Positions 62,301 through 64,000 of a DNA stretch of 64,000 bases are shown here, one piece after another. The stretch's first letter is position 1, and every line of letters starts with the position of its first letter. A program made the translations under genes and the position numbers. Source of the stretch: Octopus sinensis (lineage: Eukaryota); NCBI RefSeq assembly GCF_006345805.1, contig NC_043022.1, positions 11,346,001 through 11,410,000 of the forward strand, read 5' to 3'. The notes under the pieces were generated by a model. It ran no database searches. It was not told the DNA's origin and saw only the letters and a program-made list of their open reading frames with translations.

Positions 62301-62797
62301 AAATTTTAATGTAATCTAAATTAGAACCTTCTGTTACAATTTCTTATTAATTTATATTCCAAACACTAGCTTAATAAAGACAAAATTATTTTATTAAATT
62401 CATTATAATTTTCAAAATTAATTTAAACAAATTTCAACAAAAACATGGTAACAAAAGTGTTAACAGTTAAATTTGGTAGATAGAAAAAGAGCAAAAGCCA
62501 GCTGGATATATGTATGCATGCTTGTGTGTGTGTGTGTTGCATGTGGCAGAATTGGTAGATCATTGAACAAACATACCTTGTGGTGTTTGATTACTGCTTT
62601 CTGCTTTCAAATCTCACTTATTCTATTTTTTTGAAACTAAATGCCTTACTTTATTCTATTTTATTGTAACAGGCTCATCATATACAATCACCATCAACCC
62701 ACCAAGTATCAATGTGCGTGCAGGATCTCGAGCAATTTTCACATGTGATGTTTTGGAAGCACGTCCCTCAGAAGTCATTTGGTCAAGAGAGACAGGA
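2082..62797 (+). CDS. HSPG2: Multi-exon gene, partial at both ends: 12 LDLa repeats followed by at least 4.5 Ig domains; perlecan-like (basement membrane heparan sulfate proteoglycan core protein; HSPG2/trol/unc-52 family)
   Basis: 21 exons with canonical AG/GT ends and compatible phases join into one open frame of about 865 codons. One-exon-per-LDLa repeats directly followed by tandem Ig domains, with no EGF or YWTD modules, best match invertebrate perlecan. The orthology is inference: no SEA, laminin IV or LamG domain is visible in the window. Confidence 0.62.
2430..3310 (+). repeat. Low-complexity, G-poor pyrimidine-rich tract with a 19-bp tandem duplication (ctgtttaaacttcctaact) near 3245-3285
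   Basis: Recurring ttttac(t/c)c(t/c) and ctctgttt motifs with very few G on the + strand. Confidence 0.75.
7829..7951 (+). CDS. Exon 2, LDLa repeat 2 ([40 protein letters not shown])
   Basis: ttttag acceptor, gtaagt donor, 123 nt, phase 1-1, DCxDxSDE motif. Confidence 0.95.
8085..9345 (+). mobile_element. 5'-truncated, decayed RTE-clade LINE (RT domain, C-terminus, 3' UTR)
   Basis: Translates with stops and frameshifts to [28 protein letters not shown] and [10 protein letters not shown]. The 3' UTR has cacataaaagtgc tandem units and the gcaagggcatccagc tail motif. Confidence 0.9.
10900..11013 (+). CDS. Exon 3, LDLa repeat 3 ([37 protein letters not shown])
   Basis: cttcag acceptor, gtatgt donor, 114 nt, phase 1-1; not in the ORF track. 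Confidence 0.94.
13496..13609 (+). CDS. Exon 4, LDLa repeat 4 ([37 protein letters not shown])
   Basis: gttcag acceptor, gtgagt donor, 114 nt, phase 1-1. Confidence 0.95.
14560..14960 (+). mobile_element. 3' end of a decayed CR1/L2/Jockey-type LINE
   Basis: [24 protein letters not shown] resembles the SFxPxxxxLWNxLP ORF2 C-terminal motif. Confidence 0.55.
15147..15266 (+). CDS. Exon 5, LDLa repeat 5 ([39 protein letters not shown])
   Basis: ttccag acceptor, gtatgt donor, 120 nt, phase 1-1. Confidence 0.93.
15751..15961 (-). mobile_element. tRNA-derived SINE (octopus family 'C' in this report), full length with TSD
   Basis: Minus strand begins ggcggagagctggcagaaacgttagc (A-box-like) with gtgagttcaaattcc (B-box-like). 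10-bp direct repeat ttttaatacc at 15741-15750 and 15962-15971. Many related copies in the window. Confidence 0.88.
19087..19468 (-). mobile_element. RTE 3'-UTR-derived repeat (family 'B') with internal ~54-bp tandem units and a (GAT)n tail
   Basis: Reverse complement ends ...ccaacccatgctagcatggaaagcggacgttaaacgatgatgat. Near-identical copies at 36017-36330 (-) and 59500-59830 (+); partial copies at 20470-20650, 59100-59245 and 61000-61150. Confidence 0.85.
20977..21090 (+). CDS. Exon 6, LDLa repeat 6 ([37 protein letters not shown])
   Basis: long pyrimidine tract plus ctttag acceptor, gtaatt donor, 114 nt, phase 1-1. Confidence 0.93.
21873..22350 (+). mobile_element. Probable Helitron 5' portion (3' end not found)
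   Basis: Starts A^TCTCTTATTATAAAAGG like the two complete Helitrons in the window; no hairpin-CTAG terminus seen. Confidence 0.35.
22375..22630 (-). repeat. About 2.5 tandem copies (~100-bp period) of a segment of an old dispersed repeat
   Basis: taagacagtaaggtgtgattt starts at 22375, 22478 and 22577. The reverse complement matches the ctagaaatagcagccaaatctccctcaaatcacacc family seen near 21190, 24980, 49430 and 57950. Confidence 0.85.
23000..23258. repeat. Long palindrome: 119-bp arms (23000-23118 and 23140-23258), 21-nt spacer, 5 mismatches
   Basis: Direct alignment of the left arm to the reverse complement of the right arm. Confidence 0.97.
23417..23811 (+). mobile_element. Non-autonomous Helitron (395 bp)
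   Basis: 5' A^TCTTTATATATAAAAG; subterminal hairpin cccgagc-aac-gccggg; 3' CTAG^T; no TSD. Confidence 0.85.
23824..24060 (-). mobile_element. 3' end of an RTE-like LINE encoding two C2H2 zinc fingers
   Basis: Minus strand reads [20 protein letters not shown]...[20 protein letters not shown], followed by a short 3' UTR (atactcgataacgagggagcagccatcat). Confidence 0.7.
25210..25508. mobile_element. hAT-superfamily MITE (299 bp)
   Basis: TIRs CAGTGGTGGACTGG / CCAGTCTGCCACTG (12/14) and exact 8-bp TSD actacaag at 25202-25209 and 25509-25516. Confidence 0.88.
25927..26034 (+). CDS. Exon 7, LDLa repeat 7 ([35 protein letters not shown])
   Basis: ttccag acceptor, gtaagt donor, 108 nt, phase 1-1. 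Confidence 0.95.
27119..27226 (+). CDS. Exon 8, LDLa repeat 8 ([35 protein letters not shown])
   Basis: ttccag acceptor, gtaagt donor, 108 nt, phase 1-1; close paralogue of exon 7. Confidence 0.95.
30125..30610. mobile_element. Head-to-head pair of family 'C' tRNA-SINEs (30125-30360 minus, about 30396-30610 plus)
   Basis: Both carry the gagttcaaat..gaggtcaa.tttgcctttcatcc core, in opposite orientations about 35 nt apart. Confidence 0.85.
30790..31140 (+). repeat. Degenerate minisatellite, ~28-29-bp unit ttaattacatctcacaatgtttctgttac, about 12 copies
   Basis: Repeated acatctcacaatgt core read directly from the sequence. Confidence 0.9.
31365..31583. mobile_element. hAT (Charlie-like) MITE (219 bp)
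   Basis: TIRs CAGTGTTTTTCAA / TTGAAAACCACCG and exact 8-bp TSD atctaagc at 31357-31364 and 31584-31591. Confidence 0.9.
32156..32583 (+). mobile_element. tRNA-derived CORE-like SINE (family 'A') with internal (TA)/(TG) microsatellite
   Basis: Head ggagttgctgtgtggtaag...ggttcagtccc; CORE-like ggcaccttgggcaagtgtctt; tail gactgaaacaagtaaaagag. Copies at 63186-63597 (-), 10130-10315 (+), 56950-57440 (+) and 60170-60560 (+). Confidence 0.88.
33034..33153 (+). CDS. Exon 9, LDLa repeat 9 ([39 protein letters not shown])
   Basis: ttacag acceptor (second in-frame AG 6 nt downstream), gtaagt donor, 120 nt, phase 1-1. Confidence 0.94.
35891..36018. repeat. Long (TA)n microsatellite, representative of many (about 1645-1740, 11185-11280, 32300-32385, 38694-38762, 47325-47365)
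   Basis: Direct reading. Confidence 0.97.
37499..38693 (-). mobile_element. Full-length but decayed Tc1-like transposon (1,195 bp)
   Basis: 28-bp TIRs CAGGGGTTGGA(C/T)AAAATAATGGAAACAC (27/28 match), TA on both sides. Frameshifted transposase pieces: HTH region 38150-38482; catalytic region 37664-38113 with [22 protein letters not shown] and WPPQSPDLN. Confidence 0.95.
38937..39337. repeat. Fold-back element: ~118-bp inverted arms (38937-39054 and 39220-39337) around a 165-nt spacer
   Basis: Arms differ at about 3 positions; both ends sit in TA-rich sequence; possibly a long-TIR MITE. Confidence 0.9.
39488..39604 (+). CDS. Exon 10, LDLa repeat 10 ([38 protein letters not shown])
   Basis: ttgtag acceptor after a T-rich tract, gtaagt donor, 117 nt, phase 1-1. 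Confidence 0.95.
39840..40189 (+). mobile_element. Non-autonomous Helitron (350 bp) inserted in an RTE fragment
   Basis: 5' A^TCTCTATATATAC; long terminal hairpin ctagcactatgatctggc-gtt-gccgggtcatagtgctag; 3' CTAG^T. The flanks rejoin as an RTE C-terminus (YGHVIR before, [10 protein letters not shown] after). Confidence 0.88.
40884..41155 (+). mobile_element. tRNA-derived SINE (family 'E')
   Basis: ggcgcaatggcccagtggttagggcagc (A box) and cgcggtttcgatt (B box); sister copy at 54045-54284 (-). Confidence 0.82.
41453..41569 (+). CDS. Exon 11, LDLa repeat 11 ([38 protein letters not shown])
   Basis: ttacag acceptor, weaker gtttgt donor, 117 nt, phase 1-1. Confidence 0.92.
42856..43015. repeat. 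(GTA)n/(GTT)n trinucleotide microsatellite, about 160 bp
   Basis: Direct reading; source of the poly-V and poly-L ORFs in the track. Confidence 0.97.
43524..43826 (-). mobile_element. tRNA-derived CORE-like SINE (family 'D')
   Basis: Minus strand: aggcacatggctcagtcgttagagc..gagttcaattccc..cttgagcaagacactttatttcac; partial copy at about 24110-24325. Confidence 0.82.
44894..45029 (-). mobile_element. Severely 5'-truncated RTE LINE with TSD
   Basis: Minus strand [39 protein letters not shown] plus a (GAT)n tail; 11-bp direct repeat gggaaagaatt at 44883-44893 and 45030-45040. Confidence 0.85.
45597..45704 (+). CDS. Exon 12, LDLa repeat 12 ([35 protein letters not shown])
   Basis: ttaaag acceptor, gtgagc donor, 108 nt, phase 1-1. 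Confidence 0.93.
46210..46720 (+). repeat. Old, highly degenerate tandem repeat (~60-70-bp period)
   Basis: Recurring tttgc(t/c)tg..tatata..ataaat..aaattacataaa..ccc pattern. Confidence 0.55.
47657..47751. repeat. Perfect 41-bp inverted repeat with a 13-nt loop
   Basis: aattaattaaaacccatagatagtgtatttcaagagaaata (47657-47697) and its exact reverse complement (47711-47751). Confidence 0.97.
47920..48044 (+). CDS. Exon 13, Ig1 (type A) first half ([41 protein letters not shown])
   Basis: tatcag acceptor, gtaagt donor, 125 nt, phase 1-0; Ig B-strand Cys and C-strand Trp. Confidence 0.92.
48884..49031 (+). CDS. Exon 14, Ig1 second half ([49 protein letters not shown])
   Basis: ttgcag acceptor, gtaagc donor, 148 nt, phase 0-1; DxxxYxC F-strand motif. 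Confidence 0.93.
49185..49640 (+). mobile_element. Two adjacent copies of an old, abundant ~220-bp dispersed repeat with an (AAC)n tail (probable SINE remnant)
   Basis: Shared agaaatagcagccaaa..ggatggtcat(g)gctggaa..ctttgatcataggtc..gctgacctgggctaaacaacaac motif; further copies near 21180, 24960, 27450, 31620, 57945 and 60720. Confidence 0.65.
49837..50163 (+). mobile_element. Young CORE-like tRNA-SINE nested in a family 'C' SINE
   Basis: gtgaaggcacgtggcttagtggttagg head, gtgtccttgagcaagacactt core, and 13-bp TSD tagtactcaacta at 49824-49836 and 50164-50176. Confidence 0.9.
50836..51115 (-). mobile_element. 3' end of a CR1/L2-type LINE with an (ATT)n tail
   Basis: Minus strand [34 protein letters not shown], then 3' UTR and ttattattatt. 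Confidence 0.75.
52413..52863 (-). mobile_element. Rearranged mariner-family transposon fragment
   Basis: Minus strand from about 52863: TIR-like tatgtggtctgatcaataagtatcc, then [32 protein letters not shown] (mariner N-terminal RxCIKFC motif); ~60 bp of the leader is duplicated in inverted orientation at about 52423-52482. Confidence 0.65.
53375..53499 (+). CDS. Exon 15, Ig2 (type B) first half ([41 protein letters not shown])
   Basis: tttcag acceptor, gtaagt donor, 125 nt, phase 1-0. Confidence 0.93.
54750..54897 (+). CDS. Exon 16, Ig2 second half ([49 protein letters not shown])
   Basis: tttcag acceptor, gtaagt donor, 148 nt, phase 0-1; DAGxYxC motif. Confidence 0.94.
55135..55470 (-). 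mobile_element. RTE/BovB-like LINE 3' end
   Basis: Minus strand [66 protein letters not shown], frameshifted once. Confidence 0.88.
55989..56113 (+). CDS. Exon 17, Ig3 (type A) first half ([41 protein letters not shown])
   Basis: ttacag acceptor, gtgagt donor, 125 nt, phase 1-0. Confidence 0.93.
56301..56537 (-). mobile_element. Family 'C' tRNA-SINE with TSD
   Basis: High similarity to 15751-15961; direct repeat gtcttataat at 56291-56300 and 56538-56547. Confidence 0.85.
58507..58654 (+). CDS. Exon 18, Ig3 second half ([49 protein letters not shown])
   Basis: tttcag acceptor, gtaagt donor, 148 nt, phase 0-1; 28/49 aa identical to exon 14; not in the ORF track. Confidence 0.93.
58689..58909. 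mobile_element. piggyBac-type MITE (221 bp)
   Basis: TTAA|CCCTTTCGTTAC ... GTAATGAAAGGG|TTAA; degenerate relatives near 26600-27060 and 62255-62465. Confidence 0.88.
59889..60013 (+). CDS. Exon 19, Ig4 (type B) first half ([41 protein letters not shown])
   Basis: ttttag acceptor, gtaagt donor, 125 nt, phase 1-0; 24/42 aa identical to exon 15. Confidence 0.93.
61444..61591 (+). CDS. Exon 20, Ig4 second half ([49 protein letters not shown])
   Basis: acacag acceptor (CAGCAG), gtaagt donor, 148 nt, phase 0-1; DSGEYxC motif. Confidence 0.93.
62673..62797 (+). CDS. Exon 21, Ig5 (type A) first half ([41 protein letters not shown])
   Basis: taacag acceptor, gttagt donor, 125 nt, phase 1-0; paralogous to exons 13 and 17; partner exon expected beyond the window. 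Confidence 0.91.
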
Positions 62798-63185
62798 GTT
62801 AGTAAATTTACTGTTGTCTGGTTTTATTTTTATACACCACCACCACCGCTACCACAATCTCTGCCATAAACACTACAAATACCATCACAGCCACTACCAC
62901 CTACCAACTCTTATTAACACCAAAACCACCACCACTGCAAATAATGACAACCACTACCCATATAAACACCACTATCACAACCACTAACATTATTACCCAT
63001 GGATAACTTAGTAAATCCACTTTATTGAAAGTATTTGGACCAAGTCTTCGTTTTTAGAATAATTTCAGTCTCTGGATTCACTCCTTTTTTCATCATGACA
63101 TTTGATGTTCCTACAAAAAATGTCATGGGTACTAACTTTCAACCTCAATGTATATATATACATACATACATACATATATATATAT

Positions 63186-63418
63186 ACTCTTTTACTCGTT
63201 TCAGTCATTTGACTGCAGCCATGCTGGAGCACTGCCTTTAGTCGAGCAAATCGACCCCAGGACTTATTCTTTGTAAGCCTAGTACTTATTCTATCGGTCT
63301 CTTTTGCCAAACCGCTAAGTTACAGGGACGTAAACACACCAGCATCGGTTGTCAAGCGATGTTGGGGGGACAAACACAGACACACAAACACACATATATA
63401 TATATATGTATATATATA

Positions 63419-63452
<34 letters not shown>

Positions 63453-63597
63453 CGACGGGCTTCTTTCAGTTTCCGTCTACCAAATCCACTCAGAAGGCTT
63501 TGGTCGGCCCGAGGCTATAGTAGAAGACACTTGCCCAAGGTGCCATGCAGTGGGACTGAACCCATAGCCATGTGGTTGGTAATCAAGCTACTTACCA
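63186..63597 (-). mobile_element. Family 'A' tRNA-SINE, near full length
   Basis: Reverse complement aligns along its length with 32156-32583. Confidence 0.88.
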
Positions 63598-64000
63598 ACA
63601 TTAGAGCAGTAATATAGTGGTTTAATGTTTTAGAGTTTGCTTCTTTCTTTAAATATATAAACTACTGACAATACATAATGTACTCTGGTCACAGAATGTT
63701 TTACAAAAGGCCACCATGCGGTTTGTGTTCTATAGCTATACAATCACTGTGAGCCTCTACATAATCACAAAAGTTACTCTCTCTCAGATACTATGGAGTT
63801 ATACGTCCTTGGTTATTCTACAAAAAATATACCCACTCCATCAAATGAGATCTACATAAAAACGTGGACGAGATGAAAGGCATACTTCTAAAGAAATATA
63901 TATGTGTGTCTGTGTGTGTGTATATATATATATATGTGACCATGTGTGTACCGTTGGCGATTTTTTTTCCTCTGTCTTCCCTTCTCTGGATCTTTCCTTC

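Noticed and set aside
47920-62797. Dscam-like mutually exclusive Ig exon cluster
   Set aside because: First-half and second-half exons alternate and join in order with compatible phases; there are no runs of equivalent alternative exons.

Overview
AT-rich, microsatellite-dense animal genomic DNA. The tRNA-derived SINE families point to an octopus (inference). The whole window lies inside one large + strand gene. I reconstructed 21 GT-AG exons (2,597 coding nt, about 865 codons, open throughout, partial at both ends). Twelve symmetric phase-1 exons each encode one LDL-receptor class A repeat. Nine further exons, strictly alternating 125 and 148 nt, encode 4.5 immunoglobulin domains in an A-B-A-B-A pattern. 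The best fit is an invertebrate perlecan (HSPG2/trol/unc-52-like); no laminin-type domain is in view to confirm this. The introns hold decayed RTE and CR1/L2-type LINE pieces, several SINE families, a Tc1 element (plus the end of a second copy), a mariner fragment, hAT and piggyBac MITEs with intact TSDs, non-autonomous Helitrons, and three long inverted repeats. The most unusual signal is a 119-bp-arm palindrome (23000-23258). It contains a minimal type-I hammerhead-ribozyme-like fold with a compensated G3:C8 core and a palindromic stem III, which suggests a Penelope/retrozyme-like element. Other leads are a candidate alternative terminal exon after Ig1, junction-generated stop codons that limit LDLa exon skipping, and perfect hairpins just upstream of two exons. 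Most ORFs in the supplied track are microsatellite or repeat artefacts. There is no CRISPR array, rRNA or genuine tRNA.
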